From assembly GCA_039189765.1 (NCBI GenBank), contig JBCCYL010000020.1, forward strand, positions 1 to 64,000: 64,000 nt of DNA, in the 5' to 3' direction. Of the stretch, positions 1 to 13,571 are shown in pieces. This DNA is from Cyanobacteria bacterium P01_F01_bin.150. GTDB lineage: Bacteria; Cyanobacteriota; Cyanobacteriia; CAKZMO01. Within the stretch, counting starts at the first letter, position 1; every line of letters begins with the position of its first letter. Made by a program: the position numbers and the translations under genes. The notes beneath the pieces were generated by a model that was not told where the DNA came from, made no database searches, and saw only the letters and a program-made list of their open reading frames with translations.

Positions 1-1
1 C

Positions 2-3000
2 GGTATCCGGTGGGTCGAGGGGATTGTTGGAGTCAACATCCGCGTCTAATGCATCAGGTACACCATCACCATCCGCATCTGGGCCAGTGGTGTTGTCTTC
101 AATGCCATCGCCATCGGTATCCGTTCCCAAGGCTTCAATCACATCGTTTAGACCATCGTTATCGGCATCGAGGTCTTGGAAGTCATCGTTGCCATCCCCA
201 TCCGTATCCAATGGAGTGTAGTTCGCGAGAGTTGGGTCGGTGGGGTCATCCAATGCATTGAACAGACCATTGGGACCAAAGGCAGAGGGGTTGCCATCCA
301 AACGACCATCGCCATCTGCATCTTGACCTTCTTGACCATGACCCGCTTCAATCACATCCAAGATGCCATCGCCATCACTATCGAGGTCAAGGGAATCAAT
401 CACCCCATCGCCATCGGTATCCAATGCGGGATCGCCATTCATCTCTTCCACATCGGTGATGCCATCGTTGTCATCGTCGATGTCCACGGAGTTACCAATG
501 CCGTCGCCGTCTGCATCTGGGTCAACAAACAGGGTTGTTGTTACGAGAGGACTATCAGAAGTTCCATCGTTGGCAACTACTTGGATAGTGCGATCGCCCT
601 CTGTCCTACTCAGCGACTGATTCTCATATGTAATACCCGCCAACAAGCTAGTAAAGTCAGCATCAGGAACTTGGCCATCGTCACCGCTTTCAGTGATTAC
701 GACTGTTTTAGTCGCCTCTGTATAGGTAATCGTAAAGCCAGAAGGAGTTGTGGCAACGCTCTGATCACTGCCCAGGGTAATGGATTGCCCATCGATCACT
801 AGGACTTCATCATCCCCATCGGCAACATCCGGTAACGTAATCGTCAAACTGTCGATATCAGGGGTGTCAGCATCCGTTGTCGTTCCTGCATTAGTAATGC
901 TGACGGGAGTCCCGAGAGTTGTGAAAGCCGTTGTGTAGTCACTTGACGGATCAGCGTCACCAACGCTATCGAGGTCTACAACAGGCACCACATTTCGATA
1001 GTCTACTTCATCATCGTGGCCAGGAGTAATCGTTCCACCGCTATTGAGGTCTTCGGGAGGACTATCAATGTCACCATCAGGATTGCTGTAGCTGGCATTG
1101 ACCGCATCATCGATCCCATCATTGTCATTGTCTGTATTGTCGAGAACAAGACCAGATTCATTAATATCATCAATGGCATCGTTGTCACTGTCTGTGTCAA
1201 TGTAGTCGGGGTTGTCCTCACCATCAGTGTTCTCAGGAAGAACCAGGCCAATAGCTGTATTCACACCATTCAGGTCCACAGGACCCGCAGGAGATATATA
1301 CCCATCTGTGGGCTGAGCTTCTACTGCATCAGGAATACCATCATTGTCTGCATCAAGGTCGAGATAATCATCAATGCCATCGGTGTCAGTGCTGGTGGGA
1401 TCGACCGTGCCGTCAGAGTTAGCATCGTTATCATTATCATCGGCAGGCTCTAGCAAACCATCATTGTCATCATCGGTGGTGCTATCAATCTGACCATCGT
1501 TATCAATATCGACGCTATCCGTTACAGACCCAGCAAGCTGACCGCTCTCAACCAAATCGGAGATGCCATCGTTGTCAGAGTCTAGGTCTAGGCTGTTGAT
1601 AATGCCATCGCCATCGGTATCAAAGCTGTCGAGAATGCCATCGTTGTTGAGGTCATCCCCTGGTGTTTGATCGGGATCCATCAGATCTGGGATGCCGTCG
1701 CTATCCACATCCGTTGCCATATCGGCACGAGTGAGGCCCAACTCATCGGTATCAAGGATGCCGTCATTATCATCATCAAGGTCGATGCTATCGACTACGC
1801 CATCGCCATCGCTATCAAAGCGAATAGTTGCGATCGCGATATTGCTCTCCAGCTTAGTAACCGTATGTCCGCCAGCATCTGTGACGACGACTTCGATGGT
1901 GCGATCGCTCCTATTCGTTGGGTTGTTGTTGTCATAGGTAATCGCAGCAATCACAGCCTCATAATCAGCCAACGGTGCGTCACCAGCCAGCTTCAATTCA
2001 CCCGTTGCAGAATCATAAGCGATAACCGTAATGTCGCTGTTGATCGCGTCTACGGTTGCCTGATCCAGAATCAGTTCTTCTGTAGCACCGTTAGGACGAG
2101 TGGTTAGGGTAATCGTTGCCTCTGAAATATCGTCGTCATCAAGGTCACCGATCGCCACATCGCTAACATCACCAATGGCCACCGGACCCCCACCAGGAAT
2201 CAACACATCCTGGTAATTGTTGCCTGTTGCACCACTGCTATCATCTCCATCCAAATCCAACGTGGGTGGATCATTCACGGGAGTGACATTAATGGTGCTA
2301 GTGACTGGCAGATTGACTTGTGCCCCAGCACCATCTGAATTGGCATCGGTCACGCTCCAGGTGATTTCTCGCGTATTAGATGTCTCGGTCGGATCGTCAC
2401 TGGAACTCTCAAAGGTCACTAATCGCATTACGGCTTCGTAGTTCTCTTTGGTGTCCGTCCCTGTCAAGGTAAGAACGCCAGTGCCAGGATCGTAGCTAGC
2501 GGAGATATTGGGGAATGCCGCCGTATCGACAGCGAGGATATCGCCTGGGGTCAAATCAGACGGGTGAATAGTAACGGTCCCACCAGTGATATCGTCGTCG
2601 TCAGAGTCAACCAGGGTGATGGTATTGTCAATGACTGTTGCAGGATTATTTTCGGTGTAGTCCAGCGGACCGCCTGGCGTAACAACAGGTTTGTCATTGG
2701 TTTGAGCGATCGCCACCGTCTTCGTTGCCGTACCTGTTAGTGGCGTATTGGTTCCATCTGGAGCAGGGTTAGGCCCTTGGTTGCCATCATTACCATCACT
2801 GATGGTGTACTCCAAAGTTACAGAAGACCCAGGATCATCGTTGGCATTGCTGTAGGCAATTTGCTGCAATGCGCTATCGACCAGAGCATTCGTTGCACTA
2901 CCGTTAAATTCTAGTCGTAGGGTTCCATCGCTATTTTCTAAAACCGTACCAATGGTTGTACCATCAACAACCAAGTCACTAGTTTCGGTTAGTGGGTCTA

Positions 3001-6000
3001 GAGTTCCTGAATTGCTGAAGACATCATCCTCTGATGAACCACCCTGACGTTCGATGGTTAAGCTGGCTCCGCCCCAATCGCCGTTACTCGCGTTGAAATC
3101 ACTCAGATCGATATCGTCTACAGTGGCATCGCCATCGATAACGACAGGGGCAGCGTTTTCAGTGTAGTTGACTGTTCCATCTAAGCCCGTAAACTCAGGT
3201 GCATCGTTGATAGGGTCAACGACGATGTTAACGGTAGCCGTAGACTCATCGCCATCGGCATCTGTGATGGTGTAGGTAAAGCTATCGGTTCCTTCAAAGT
3301 CCGCATCGGGAGTGTATTCAAATACATCATCGGTTGGGTCAAGTGTGCCTTGGTTATTTAAGGTAACTGTCCCGTTGGATGGAGTGGTTGCAATGGCAAC
3401 GGAGTCCAGACCATCGCCGAAGTCAGTGTCATTGGCCAATACATTGATGACATTAGCGGTGCTGTCTTCGTCCACATTTATGGGGCCATCGGTCACCGCA
3501 ACTGGGAGACGATTAATGTTGACGGTAACGCTTCCAGTGCCTTCGAGGGGACCACCACTCCCCTGAGCACCCGTCGTGTTGCCATCGTTGATGGTGTATT
3601 CAAGAATGACGGTGGGGTCAGCTTCACTATTGCTGTTGCTGTACTGGATTTGCCGTAGGAAGGTATCTACGTCCGTAGCTGTCGCGGTGTCGTTGAATTC
3701 GAACACCAGAGTACCATTTGCATTGGTGGTCGCTGCACCGATACTAGTGGAGGGCAGGGTAAATTCATCATCTGTGTTGGCTCCACCTTGACGTTCAATG
3801 GTTAAGGTGGCTCCATCCCAATCATCGAAGGCATCCAATTCCACATCAGAAAGGGCTGCATCGCCATCTAAGACAACAGGAGCAGCACCTTCTTCATAGG
3901 CAGTGGGTCCCCCCAAGTCAGTGAACTCAGGTGCATCGTTGATGGGGTCAACGACGATGTTAACGGTAGCCGTAGACTCATCGCCATTGGTATCGGTGAT
4001 GGTGTAGGTGAAGCTATCAGTTCCTTCGAAGTTTGCATTGGGGGTGTATTCAAAGACATCATCGGTTGGGTCAGTGGTGCCTTGGTCGTTTAAGGTAACG
4101 GTTCCGTTGGATGGATTGGTCTCAATGGCCACGGAGTCTAGACCATCGCCCAAGTCAGTGTCATTGGTCAATACATTGATGACATTATCGGTGCTGTCTT
4201 CGTCTACATTGATGGGGGCATCATCGACGGATTCTGGGAGACGATTGATATTAACTGTCACGGTTGCAGTATCAGTGAGGGGACCTCCACTGCCTTGAAC
4301 ACCCGATGGGTCAGGACCATTGGCATCATTAATCGTGTAGTCGAGGGTGACTGTGGGGTCCGCCTCGGCGCTCCCATTACTGTAGGCCAGTTGCTGTAAT
4401 ACTCTATCAACCAAAGCACCGGTGGCAGAACCATTGAAGGTGAGTAACAAGGTCCCACCACTGTTAGTAGTCACCGTTCCAACGGTAGTGCCATCCACCT
4501 CTAAAGCCCCCCCTTCAGTCAGTTCCTCAAGGGTTCCGGAATGACTAAAAAGGTCGTCTGTCGAGGCACCGCCCTGACGTGCGACGGTTAAGGTCGCCCC
4601 ATTCCAGTTATTGCCATCATCCAGCTCAATATCCGCTAACAGTGCATTGCTGTCGAGGGTAATGGCGGGATCGCCCTCAGTGTAGTTGACGGTGCCCCCC
4701 AGGTCAGTGAAGACGGGGGCATCATTAACGGGGTTAACGGTGATGGCAATGGTTTCTTGGGCAGGAGGTGCGCCAGTATCAATTCCTGTGTTGCCATTGT
4801 CATCCACATCAATGGTGAGGGTATCAGCGCCATTGAAATGGAGCGTTCCTTGGTAATCCAATCCGTTGGCTAAGACTGCGTTAATGGCGGCTTCAGTGCC
4901 TTCAATTTCTACAGTTCCACCGCCATTTCCTGTGACAGTGACCCCTGTTGTATCAGCGAGGGTTAGCGTTCCGTCATCCACCGAAAGGGTTGCATTGAGG
5001 ATGCCGCCAAAATCGTCTGGGTCGTCGATGGAAATGGCGTTTCCTTCGGCAGTGGAAAAGGTGAGAACAGTGTCTTCATCAACGTCCTCACTGCCATTGG
5101 TTGTAATACCAGGAACTTCGTTTTGGGAGCTGACGTTGATATTGATAACTTTGGAGTCAGTCAATGCCCCACCACTACCTCCGATGGCCGTGCCACCATT
5201 GGCTTCATCATCAACGGCAACGGTTAGCTCATAGCTAGCGTCTACGTTGCGGTTCGTACGGTCATAGGTTAAACCGTCGAGGGCTGCATTAATTTGGGCT
5301 TTAGTCCCTTCAATCGTGACGGAATCTGTGCCATTGTCTGTGATGGTTGCACCAGAAGTATTGTCAGCGGTTAATTGGCCAGAACCATCTGTAATGCTGA
5401 GGGTAACGGTAAAGTCATCAATGGCATTCTCGTTCAAATCCACCAAGTCATCAATGGTGATGGCATTGCCTTCAAGAGCGCTGAATTCCAGTGGGTCGGC
5501 AGTGGCCAAAACTTGGATATCGTTTGGGGCGCTGACCGAGGGCTTATCGTTGACCGGAGTGACTGTGATATTGACGGTTGCCGTGGACTCATCGCCATCA
5601 GTATCGGTGATGGTGTAAGTGAAACTATCGCTGCCTTCAAAGTTCTCATCGGGCGTGTACTCGAAGAAATCGTCGTTGGGATTTGCAGCCGTATTATTGT
5701 CATTGAGAGTGACCGTACCATTGGTTGGCACATCCTTCAGGGCAACTGAAGCCAAGCCATCGCCTAAGTCGGTGTCATTGCCCAATATATTGATGACATT
5801 ATCAGTGCTGTCTTCATCGACCGTGGCCACATCGTTGACGGCTTCTGGGAGGCGGTCAATATTGACGGTAACGGTGGCAATATCAGTGAGGGGACCACCG
5901 CTGCCTTGAGCACCCGATGGGTCAGGACCATTGCCATCATTGATGGTGTAGTTTAAATCAACCGACGTTTCGGTCAAGACGGTGTTGCTATTGCTGTATT

Positions 6001-9000
6001 GAATCCCCCGGAGGAATGTGTCAACAGATGCACTGGTGGCGCTGCTATTGAAGGTAAAGATTAGCGTGCCACCCGTATTTTGAGTGACAGTTCCAATGGA
6101 AGAGTGGATCGCTGGCAACATAAACACGTCGTCACCATTCGCCCCACCGTTACGCTCGATGGTTAAGGACGCACCATCCCAGTCATTACCATCATCCAGC
6201 TCAATATCAGCTAACAGTGCATCGCTGTCGAGGGTAATGGCGGGATCACCCTCGGTGTAGTTGACCGTGCCCCCCAGGTCAGTGAAAACGGGGGCATCAT
6301 TAACGGGGTTAACGGTGATGGCAATGGTTTCTTGGGCAGGAGGTGCGCCAGTATCAATTCCTGTATTGCCATTGTCATCCACCTCAATAGTAAGGGTATC
6401 AGCACCGTTGAAATGGAGCGTTCCTTGGTAATCCAGTCCGTTGGCTAAGACTGCATTAATGGCGGCTTCAGTGCCTTCAATTTCTACAGTTCCACCGCCA
6501 TTTCCTGTGACGGTGACGCCTGTTGTATCAGCGAGGTTTAGCGTTCCGTCATCCACCGAAAGGGTTGCATTGAGGATGCCGCCAAAATCGTCTGGGTCGT
6601 TGATAGAGATGGCATTTCCTTCGGCATTGGAGAAGGTGAGAACGGTATCTTCATCAACGTCCTCACTGCCATTGGTTGTAATCCCAGGAACTTCATTTTG
6701 GGAGCTGACGTTGATATTGATAACTTTGGAGTCGGTCAATGCTCCGCCGCTGCCGCTGATGGCCGTGCCACCATTGGCCTCATCATCAACGGCAACGGTT
6801 AGCTCATAGCTAGCGTCGATGTTCAGATTAGGACGGTCATAGGTTAAACCGTCGAGGGCTGCATTAATTTGGGCTTTAGTCCCTTCAATCGTGACGGAAT
6901 CTGTGCCGTTGTCTGTGATGGTTGCACCAGAAGTATTGTCAGCAGTTAATTGGCCATCTACATCGGTAATGCTGAGGGTAACGGTAAAGTCATCAATGGC
7001 ATTCTCGTCCAAATCCACCAAATCATCAATGGAGATAGCATTGCCTTCAGTAGAGCTGAATTCAAGCGGATCGGCTGTAGCGAGGACTTGAGTATCGCTG
7101 GGAGCAGTAACCGAGGGCTTATCATTGACTGGAGTGACAATAAGGTTGATGGACTGTGTAACCTCCTTGGCTTCAAGAGCATTTGCTCCGTCTCGTCCAG
7201 TATTGCCTCCATCATTGACAGTGATCTCTAGAATATCGCTGGCTGTGCCCGCTCCTGTATTGGTTGCAGCATCGCTAGCGTCGTTAAATTCAGCAGGAGG
7301 AGTATAGACAAGAGCATCTAAAGCCGCGTTAATATCAGCAATACTTCCTTTTAGCGTGATGGTATCACTACCGCTGCCTGTGACCGTTACACCAGGAGCA
7401 TCGGGTAACGTTAGGGTTCCGTTGCCATCTTGGAGCTTAAGCTCCACAGTGTTGTTGGTTGAATCAAAGCTATCTACGTCAGCGATCGCGATCGCATTTC
7501 CGCCACTGAATGTAAACGAGCCATCTTCATTCAGGGTGACCGTCATGGGTGCAGCAGTAATGGTTGGAGCATCGTTGTCATTACTGGTATTCAGTTGAAT
7601 GTTTTTCGTAATGACGTTATAGCCAGCAACCGCATCATCCGGATCGGGGCCGCCATTATTCAAGTCATCCAAAGTGACGACCAAATTCAAAGTGGTATCC
7701 TCATCTTGAGGCACTTGCAGCGTCAGACCATTCAACGCTGCTTGAACATCCGCTTTTGTGCCTTCAATGGTGATGATGCCCCCCGAAATACCACTTGTAC
7801 CATCAGTAATGGTAAGGCCACTGATACTTCCTAAGGTAAGAGTACTCCCCGCGTATGTGCTACCACTTTTTTGGAGATTGAGAGTAACTTTAAGAACATC
7901 TGTTTCGCCTGTTTCAATGCTGGCTAAGTCAATGTCATCGACGGTGATTGTGTTACCAAAATCAAACGGAGCATCCGTATCAAATGTCAGAATTTCGGTG
8001 GGAACAGTTAGTTCTGGCGCATCATTAACAGGATCGACTGTAATTTGATACGTACCGGGAACCGAATCTCCTCCTCCATCTCGCACATCAAACGCAAAGT
8101 CATCCACATAATTTTCAGTCCCATCATGCTCATAGGTGATTAGACCTGCATCTAAATCAGCCTGGGAAAATACACTGCCCACAGAGAGGGCTTGTCCATC
8201 CTTAAAAAGAGTTCCAAATTGCACTGCTGTCGTAATGGCATACTGACGCTGCACATCACTATTGTCTGGATCCTTATAAGTCAAATGAGGACCAGATGCA
8301 GGGGCAAGGTCGTCTACAGTCGCAAATCCATTAATCGCGCCCGTCCCACCTTCGTCAACGACGAGATTTTCTTTAGAAAACTCAAACGGATTATCGTTCA
8401 GGCTAGCAATCTCAACAGCAACGGTTTTGATCCCACTGAGGTTATTGCTGGTATCGTCAGGGAAACCAAATGTAATTTCCTCATCATTCTGGTTGTCATT
8501 GACCTGAACATCGAAGGTGTCCGCAAAATTCTCACTACCATCGTGGACATACACTAATGACCCATCCGTCAGGGCCGATTGGGGAATATCCTCTGAACCA
8601 TCGACCGTCACATCATTCAGTTCAAGTGTGCCATAATCTGGCAAGTCAACAATACGGAAGGTGAGCGTGTTGGGGGTAGCCAAATCATCGATTCTGTCAC
8701 CTGTTCCATCCACATCAGCCATCGAAAAATGACTAGTTGTAATGGTTTCCGATTGACCTTCAGTAACAATGGGCGAGCCATTGACAGAGAGGGTTGGTGC
8801 ATCGTTAACCGGTCGACTCTGGATAACGAAGGTTTCCTCTTGAGCGATCGCCGTTCCATCCGTCACCGTAAACTTGAAGAGGTCTTCAAAATCCTCGTTT
8901 CCGCCATGGACGAAGGTAACGTTGCCATCAATAATATCTTGCTGGGTAAACGAGCCAAAGAGTTCAACGTTAACCCCATTTAACTGAAGCGTTCCACTAG

Positions 9001-11308
9001 TAGGAGGTTGAGTAATTCGATAGACTAACTCACTGGGTATATTATCAACATCTTCATACTCCAACTCACTAGGGGTTAGTGTAAATGTATTAGAACCCTC
9101 TTCATCAAGTTCAGCTTCGAGGATTTGATCAACAATCTTCTTGGTGGGGACAGAGTTGGGGGTTCCTGTTCCTGCGGAGTCACCTGAGCCTGGCCCAGTT
9201 ACCTCAATATTAAAGCGCTGAACTTCCAAGTCTGTAGCATTTTCATCTGCATAAATACCACCCTCCCTGATTGAGGGATACTCTCGAATTTCACCATCTC
9301 GTACCGTAAATTCAAAAAAGTCAGTAACGGTTCCAGTATTGGCATCATCCAAGAACGTGTAGGTGACGACGTTGTTCTCTAAATCTTGTTGGGTAAAGCT
9401 ACCCCCCACAGCCATATCAGCACCATTCAGTCTTAAAACCCCTTTTGAGGAATCAGGCAGCGCAGTGATGGTATAGGTAAGCTGGGGAACAGGAGAATCA
9501 ACATCCGTGACCAAAAGATGACCATTTACTAAATTACCGGATTGAATAATCTGAGTGACCCCATCACTGATGGCATCGTATATCAGAGGTTCGTTTGTTT
9601 CAAGGATGGGGTCATCATTGTTGGGTTTGATGGTTAACTCAACAACGCTACTGACCGTAGCTGCTGCTCCAACCCCTTCACCGCCACCATCATCTGTGAC
9701 TTCTACTTCAAAAGTGAGGGGATCGGGGTTACCAAAGTTGTCATCATTACCATCGTGGGTATAAACTACATTCCCAGCCGCAAAATCAGCAGCGGAAATA
9801 ATGTCACCTGCTACAATATCTTGAAAACTGCCATCGCCCTGTTTTAGTCTCAGAACACCATCATCGGCATTGGCATCCCCATCTGTAGGTAAGCTGAGGA
9901 TCTTTACAGAAAAGGGATTACCCGGATCTTGATCGACATCAGTGATATCGAGAGAAACGACATGGTTCTCTTCCCCTTCAAACAGTTCAGCAGAGCCACT
10001 GACGGTCGGTGCTTGGTTGATGGGCGTGACGGTAATCGGAATACTCACCTCTGTAACTTGTCCGCCTGCACCATCATCTACGGTGACTTCAAAGTCAATG
10101 ATGGAACGACCAGCTGGATCAGTCACCTGAGACCCATCATGCTCATAATTTAGGTTCCCAATTTGGGTGTAGTCAAAGGTTGACCCTATTACCAGGCGGT
10201 TACCACCAAGCTTCAGCGTCCCTTCACTGGGTAATTGAGTAACCTTGATAATGACTTGGATATCTTCATTATCAACGTCTGTCACATTAAAGTTGGCATC
10301 GCCAAAGCTAGCCGTTCCGCCTTCCGTTACTTCAAGGGCAACTGGCGTGATCTCTGGGGTATCATTAACATCTGCAACAGCAATGGTGATATCTTGGGCG
10401 ACGGGTGCTCCACCACCCGTCACCACAATCTGGATGGTTGCATCGCCAGAGAAATTGTCTCGACCCGTAAACTGGAGAGAATTAAGTTCTGCGGTCACTA
10501 CTGCCGCCGTGCCTGAGAAGGTCTGGGTGGCACTGGTGCTCCCTCCACGATCCAGCTCTCCGATGGGACCGTCTCCATCACTAGCAACCGTAACGGTAAC
10601 AGTTAGGTTATCACCGTCAGCATCAGCAATGACCAAATCGGCCAGGGAAAATGCCGTTTCTTCTTCCGCTTCACGGGCAAGAGCTGCATTATCGGTGATA
10701 GTGGGATCCGCCAGAACTCCGGTGTAGGCTGCCTGGGCTTCAGGGGCAAAACAAGAGTGTTGAAGATGTACTAACGTCCCGCTATCGGCACTATCCGTGC
10801 GGACAGCATCTAATATCCAGTTTCCTCCTTTCGCTATATTGCCCACTGGTGTGGTGGATGCGGCAATATTAGCGCCTGTCAAACGATGTAGCTTGGTAAT
10901 AAATTCTTCGCCAGCATCTCCGGCTGCCACATTGCAGGCATAAAGCTTTAGAGAGCCAGAGTATGGAAATTGAACAGTATCGGCTGTAAAAGAATTAAAG
11001 AACCAGGCCTCTAAAGCCTTGGCATAGCGATCGAGGGTGGAAAGGCTCAGTTCAGCATTACCTAAATACAGTGTTCCTGGTGCACCGTGGGACGCAATAT
11101 AAATATCAAAATACGGACACTCGACTCTGACAGAACCAAGAATATAAGTGATTTGTTCAATACCATCTTTATTGGCATCCAGGACATGAACATCGATACC
11201 GAGGGGTAGACCTTGGGTCAGAAGATGATGATCTTGAACAGATGCATCAATAAACAGAACAGTCCTTAAAGATACGGTATTGTTGGAGTCCTGGATGTTA
11301 GTTAGCAT
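2..11308 (-). CDS. Giant repetitive surface protein/adhesin (DUF4347 + CSPG/cadherin-like + Ig-like repeats + TSP3-like Ca-binding repeats), 3' end outside window
   Basis: ATG at 11308 (cat 11306-11308) gives [30 protein letters not shown]...[11 protein letters not shown]...[37 protein letters not shown]...GGNW, the DUF4347 pattern. The same frame reads [15 protein letters not shown] at the left edge. The track reports no stop-terminated long ORF in this frame, consistent with it running off the window. Confidence 0.93.
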   Translation of the reverse strand, partial: MLTNIQDSNNTVSLRTVLFIDASVQDHHLLTQGLPLGIDVHVLDANKDGIEQITYILGSVRVECPYFDIYIASHGAPGTLYLGNAELSLSTLDRYAKALEAWFFNSFTADTVQFPYSGSLKLYACNVAAGDAGEEFITKLHRLTGANIAASTTPVGNIAKGGNWILDAVRTDSADSGTLVHLQHSCFAPEAQAAYTGVLADPTITDNAALAREAEEETAFSLADLVIADADGDNLTVTVTVASDGDGPIGELDRGGSTSATQTFSGTAAVVTAELNSLQFTGRDNFSGDATIQIVVTGGGAPVAQDITIAVADVNDTPEITPVALEVTEGGTASFGDANFNVTDVDNEDIQVIIKVTQLPSEGTLKLGGNRLVIGSTFDYTQIGNLNYEHDGSQVTDPAGRSIIDFEVTVDDGAGGQVTEVSIPITVTPINQAPTVSGSAELFEGEENHVVSLDITDVDQDPGNPFSVKILSLPTDGDANADDGVLRLKQGDGSFQDIVAGDIISAADFAAGNVVYTHDGNDDNFGNPDPLTFEVEVTDDGGGEGVGAAATVSSVVELTIKPNNDDPILETNEPLIYDAISDGVTQIIQSGNLVNGHLLVTDVDSPVPQLTYTITALPDSSKGVLRLNGADMAVGGSFTQQDLENNVVTYTFLDDANTGTVTDFFEFTVRDGEIREYPSIREGGIYADENATDLEVQRFNIEVTGPGSGDSAGTGTPNSVPTKKIVDQILEAELDEEGSNTFTLTPSELEYEDVDNIPSELVYRITQPPTSGTLQLNGVNVELFGSFTQQDIIDGNVTFVHGGNEDFEDLFKFTVTDGTAIAQEETFVIQSRPVNDAPTLSVNGSPIVTEGQSETITTSHFSMADVDGTGDRIDDLATPNTLTFRIVDLPDYGTLELNDVTVDGSEDIPQSALTDGSLVYVHDGSENFADTFDVQVNDNQNDEEITFGFPDDTSNNLSGIKTVAVEIASLNDNPFEFSKENLVVDEGGTGAINGFATVDDLAPASGPHLTYKDPDNSDVQRQYAITTAVQFGTLFKDGQALSVGSVFSQADLDAGLITYEHDGTENYVDDFAFDVRDGGGDSVPGTYQITVDPVNDAPELTVPTEILTFDTDAPFDFGNTITVDDIDLASIETGETDVLKVTLNLQKSGSTYAGSTLTLGSISGLTITDGTSGISGGIITIEGTKADVQAALNGLTLQVPQDEDTTLNLVVTLDDLNNGGPDPDDAVAGYNVITKNIQLNTSNDNDAPTITAAPMTVTLNEDGSFTFSGGNAIAIADVDSFDSTNNTVELKLQDGNGTLTLPDAPGVTVTGSGSDTITLKGSIADINAALDALVYTPPAEFNDASDAATNTGAGTASDILEITVNDGGNTGRDGANALEAKEVTQSINLIVTPVNDKPSVTAPSDTQVLATADPLEFSSTEGNAISIDDLVDLDENAIDDFTVTLSITDVDGQLTADNTSGATITDNGTDSVTIEGTKAQINAALDGLTYDRPNLNIDASYELTVAVDDEANGGTAISGSGGALTDSKVININVSSQNEVPGITTNGSEDVDEDTVLTFSNAEGNAISINDPDDFGGILNATLSVDDGTLNLADTTGVTVTGNGGGTVEIEGTEAAINAVLANGLDYQGTLHFNGADTLTIEVDDNGNTGIDTGAPPAQETIAITVNPVNDAPVFTDLGGTVNYTEGDPAITLDSDALLADIELDDGNDWDGASLTIERNGGANGDDVFMLPAIHSSIGTVTQNTGGTLIFTFNSSATSASVDTFLRGIQYSNSNTVLTETSVDLNYTINDGNGPDPSGAQGSGGPLTDIATVTVNIDRLPEAVNDVATVDEDSTDNVINILGNDTDLGDGLASVALKDVPTNGTVTLNDNNTAANPNDDFFEYTPDENFEGSDSFTYTITDTDGDESTATVNITVTPVNDKPSVSAPNDIQVLATADPLEFSALEGNAITIDDLVDLNENAIDDFTVTLSITDGSGQLTADNTSGATITDNGTDSVTIEGTKAQINAALDGLTYDRTNRNVDASYELTVAVDDEANGGTAIGGSGGALTDSKVININVSSQNEVPGITTNGSEDVDEDTVLTFSTAEGNAISIDDPDDFGGILNATLSVDDGTLTLADTTGVTVTGNGGGTVEIEGTEAAINAVLANGLDYQGTLHFNGADTLTIDVDDNGNTGIDTGAPPAQETIAITVNPVNDAPVFTDLGGTVNYTEGDPAITLDSNALLADIELDDGNNWNGATLTVARQGGASTDDLFSHSGTLEELTEGGALEVDGTTVGTVTTNSGGTLLLTFNGSATGALVDRVLQQLAYSNGSAEADPTVTLDYTINDANGPDPSGVQGSGGPLTDTATVTVNINRLPESVDDAPINVDEDSTDNVINVLTNDTDLGDGLDSVAIETNPSNGTVTLNDQGTTDPTDDVFEYTPNANFEGTDSFTYTITDTNGDESTATVNIVVDPINDAPEFTDLGGPTAYEEGAAPVVLDGDAALSDVELDAFDDWDGATLTIERQGGANTDDEFTLPSTSIGAATTNANGTLVFEFNDTATATDVDTFLRQIQYSNSNSEADPTVILEYTINDGNTTGAQGSGGPLEGTGSVTVNINRLPVAVTDGPINVDEDSTANVINVLANDTDFGDGLDSVAIATTPSNGTVTLNNQGTLDPTDDVFEYTPDADFEGTDSFTYTITDADGDESTATVNIVVDPINDAPEFTGLDGTVNYTENAAPVVIDGDATVDDIDLSDFNASNGDWGGASLTIERQGGSSEDDVFSNSGTLDPLTETSDLVVDGTTIGTVLENSDGTLRLEFNGSATNALVDSALQQIAYSNANDDPGSSVTLEYTISDGNDGNQGPNPAPDGTNTPLTGTATKTVAIAQTNDKPVVTPGGPLDYTENNPATVIDNTITLVDSDDDDITGGTVTIHPSDLTPGDILAVDTAAFPNISASYDPGTGVLTLTGTDTKENYEAVMRLVTFESSSDDPTETSNTREITWSVTDANSDGAGAQVNLPVTSTINVTPVNDPPTLDLDGDDSSGATGNNYQDVLIPGGGPVAIGDVSDVAIGDLDDDDISEATITLTTRPNGATEELILDQATVDAINSDITVIAYDSATGELKLAGDAPLADYEAVIAAITYDNNNPTNRSDRTIEVVVTDAGGHTVTKLESNIAIATIRFDSDGDGVVDSIDLDDDNDGILDTDELGLTRADMATDVDSDGIPDLMDPDQTPGDDLNNDGILDSFDTDGDGIINSLDLDSDNDGISDLVESGQLAGSVTDSVDIDNDGQIDSTTDDDNDGLLEPADDNDNDANSDGTVDPTSTDTDGIDDYLDLDADNDGIPDAVEAQPTDGYISPAGPVDLNGVNTAIGLVLPENTDGEDNPDYIDTDSDNDAIDDINESGLVLDNTDNDNDGIDDAVNASYSNPDGDIDSPPEDLNSGGTITPGHDDEVDYRNVVPVVDLDSVGDADPSSDYTTAFTTLGTPVSITNAGTTTDADTPDIDSLTITLPDVADGDDEVLVIDGQSITLGSDQSVATTPSGFTITYTEATKTVVITESGDDGQVPDADFTSLLAGITYENQSLSRTEGDRTIQVVANDGTSDSPLVTTTLFVDPDADGDGIGNSVDIDDDNDGITDVEEMNGDPALDTDGDGVIDSLDLDSDGDGILDVIEAGHGQEGQDADGDGRLDGNPSAFGPNGLFNALDDPTDPTLANYTPLDTDGDGNDDFQDLDADNDGLNDVIEALGTDTDGDGIEDNTTGPDADGDGVPDALDADVDSNNPLDPPDT
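3190..4330 (-). repeat. Internal Ig-like repeat units of adhesin (offset 732 bp; third copy near 5570-5950)
   Basis: aactcaggtgcatcgttga at 3192 and 3924; cgt(a/g)gactcatcgcca also at 5582. Confidence 0.8.
4600..7140 (-). repeat. Near-identical internal duplication within adhesin, offset 1575 bp (525 codons)
   Basis: About 4600-5565 matches about 6175-7140. Shadow ORF pairs 4636/6211, 4866/6441 and 5316/6891 are all offset by 1575. Confidence 0.9.
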
Positions 11309-12458
11309 GGTGGGTTGATAAAATAATGATGTGAGATTAGCAGGTTGAAAATAGGGGATCGAAGTAGAAGAAGGAAAAGCTAAGAGACAGCTATCTAAAG
11401 ATTTAGACAGATACAAATCGACAGCACACTTCATAGTTGCAGTGACAATTAGGAACAAAAAATAAATACAAATTAGAGGCTTTTGAATTAAAATCCATCA
11501 AAAAAATGGCATAAAAATTCAGCTATTTTCCTCCAGCTAAATGCCAAATTGGAAAACGGCTAGGTTTTGTAGCAGAGATTTAGAAGTTCAAACAGCTACT
11601 AAATAAACCTCATGGGAGTCATGCTCCAGGGGTTATAGTTCAACTCAATGAAATAATGAGATCAAGCTGCATCCATCAATAAAGGCTCTTATCTAAGTGA
11701 GTTTCCCTAACAGAATTAACTCCTAAATACTGTTTTTGGGTGTCGATAGACCTTCAAAACATCATTTGCCAAGTGCGATAAGGCTGAAACGAATATGCTT
11801 CCTCTGGCAAGATAGCTTTAAGTATAAATTCCATAGTTACGATGTCCCTGTTGAATTTGCTGCATATCTTTATTAGCGAAGCCATGGGAAACACTATATA
11901 CATCGATTCTGATGCGATAGGTGAATCCTATTCTTATTTCGCTAAAGTCTTTTTTCCGGCCACCAATATAGATATTTTCATCTATATAGATAATGTGCCC
12001 AACTTTGCAAAAAATTATCTCTGCTGTTTAGCGTAAAATTTAATGATTTACCATAGCATATACGGTCAATAAATATACTTAAATTCAAACCCATAAATAT
12101 TGAATTAATCAAATATCAAGTATTTTTTCAGGCTTCGTTCTGGAGCAAGGAAAGCTCCAGAGAACAGCCACGTATATTTACGTACATAGCTTACGTATTT
12201 TCTTGGATCAATCGCGCCACTTACAGCGTCCAACAAACGATTAAATCAATTTAAGATATGGCACTGACTAACTGCCTTGCCGTAATTTCTGGATGATGTC
12301 CACGGCAAGTCCAGTAGTTTGGCTAACAGCGTTATCGTCCAACAGAGAAAGAAGACGTTGGCCGATCGCCCATTGATGATTCTTGCGCATATCTCCGGGA
12401 GCCAGAGTCTCCCGATATGCCCAGCCGGAGTCTGGGTATCAGGTGTGAGCAGAGCTCT

Positions 12459-13457
12459 TTAGGTTGATTGGCAATTGCTGATGGCTTGGCGGAGGTTGCC
12501 GCTGGAGTTTTGGAGGAGCGATCGCCCTTCTTCCACCGTTACTCCAGTCCAGTGCATCAGCAAAGCGAGTTTTACTTGATTATCACTGGCGTTCAAAAGC
12601 TGGGCAGCGGTGTCACGGTCCACATCTGCAAGGTCCTGAAGAATGCGGCAGGCGCGATCGTAGAGCTTGGTGTTAGTCACCGCCACATCCACCATACGAT
12701 TCCCATAGACCTTACCGAGTTTAACCATCGCCCCGGTGGATAGAATATTTAGGGCTAGCTTAGTCACCGTACCAGCTTTAAGCCGGGTTGAACCTGCTAG
12801 TATCTCCGGCCCAACTAATAGACGAATATCCACATCCACATCCAATAGCACCTGATCGGCTGGAACGCAAGCAATAAAAATAGTTGTGGCACCACATTTA
12901 GCCGCAGCCTTTAAGGCACCGTGCACATAGGGAGTGGTTCCCCCTGCTGTAATGCCCACCACCACATCAAGATCAGAAATATGGCGACTGGCGATCGCCT
13001 CTGCTCCATCATCGGCTCGATCTTCCAATCCCTCTGAACTACGAACGAGGGCATCCTTTCCCCCCGCTAAAATACCCTGCACTAAATCCGGTGGAGTACA
13101 AAAAGTGGGGGGACATTCCGCCGCATCCAATACCCCTAACCGACCGCTCGTCCCCGCACCAATATAGAACAAGCGTCCTCCTTGGGAGAGAGCAGCCGCA
13201 ATTCGATCCACCGCTTGGGCCAGGGGCAATCGAGCATGGGCGATCGCGTCTATAACGTTTTGATCTTCCTTATTGAAAAGATCCACCAACTCCAGAGACG
13301 TAAGTTGGTCAAGACCTTGGCTATTCGGATTTGCCTGTTCCGTGAGCAGATGTCCCCGTTCCAGAATCGTATCAGGCAGTACATTCCCTGAAGACGAGTT
13401 GTTTGAGGCAGGATTAAGCGAGGAGTCAGCAGTGGGCATCGAATCATTAGTCTCCAT
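12459..13457 (-). CDS. murQ: N-acetylmuramic acid 6-phosphate etherase
   Basis: Motifs [51 protein letters not shown]. Confidence 0.97.
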   Translation of the reverse strand: METNDSMPTADSSLNPASNNSSSGNVLPDTILERGHLLTEQANPNSQGLDQLTSLELVDLFNKEDQNVIDAIAHARLPLAQAVDRIAAALSQGGRLFYIGAGTSGRLGVLDAAECPPTFCTPPDLVQGILAGGKDALVRSSEGLEDRADDGAEAIASRHISDLDVVVGITAGGTTPYVHGALKAAAKCGATTIFIACVPADQVLLDVDVDIRLLVGPEILAGSTRLKAGTVTKLALNILSTGAMVKLGKVYGNRMVDVAVTNTKLYDRACRILQDLADVDRDTAAQLLNASDNQVKLALLMHWTGVTVEEGRSLLQNSSGNLRQAISNCQST

Positions 13458-13571
13458 AGGATTAGTGAGATGATGGGTACAGGGTGCCGTAGGTTCGATA
13501 ACGCAGCCCGTTCTAGATTATCATCGAATAGATGGGTATCCTTGAGGCAAAACCTGTACCAAGATGCGGAT

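Noticed and set aside
10..10727. Many short plus-strand and off-frame ORFs
   Set aside because: Antisense or frame shadows of the giant adhesin; Ser/Val/Pro-rich with no motifs.
11700..11800. Possible c-di-GMP riboswitch upstream of the adhesin
   Set aside because: Only a GGCAAA word on the minus strand; the two-hairpin consensus could not be built.
11842..12036. 64-aa ORF in the AT-rich intergenic region
   Set aside because: No recognisable motif; composition typical of a spurious ORF.
12172..12185. GTA-N8-TAC NtcA-like site
   Set aside because: About 860 bp from the adhesin start with no properly spaced -10 box; such matches arise by chance.
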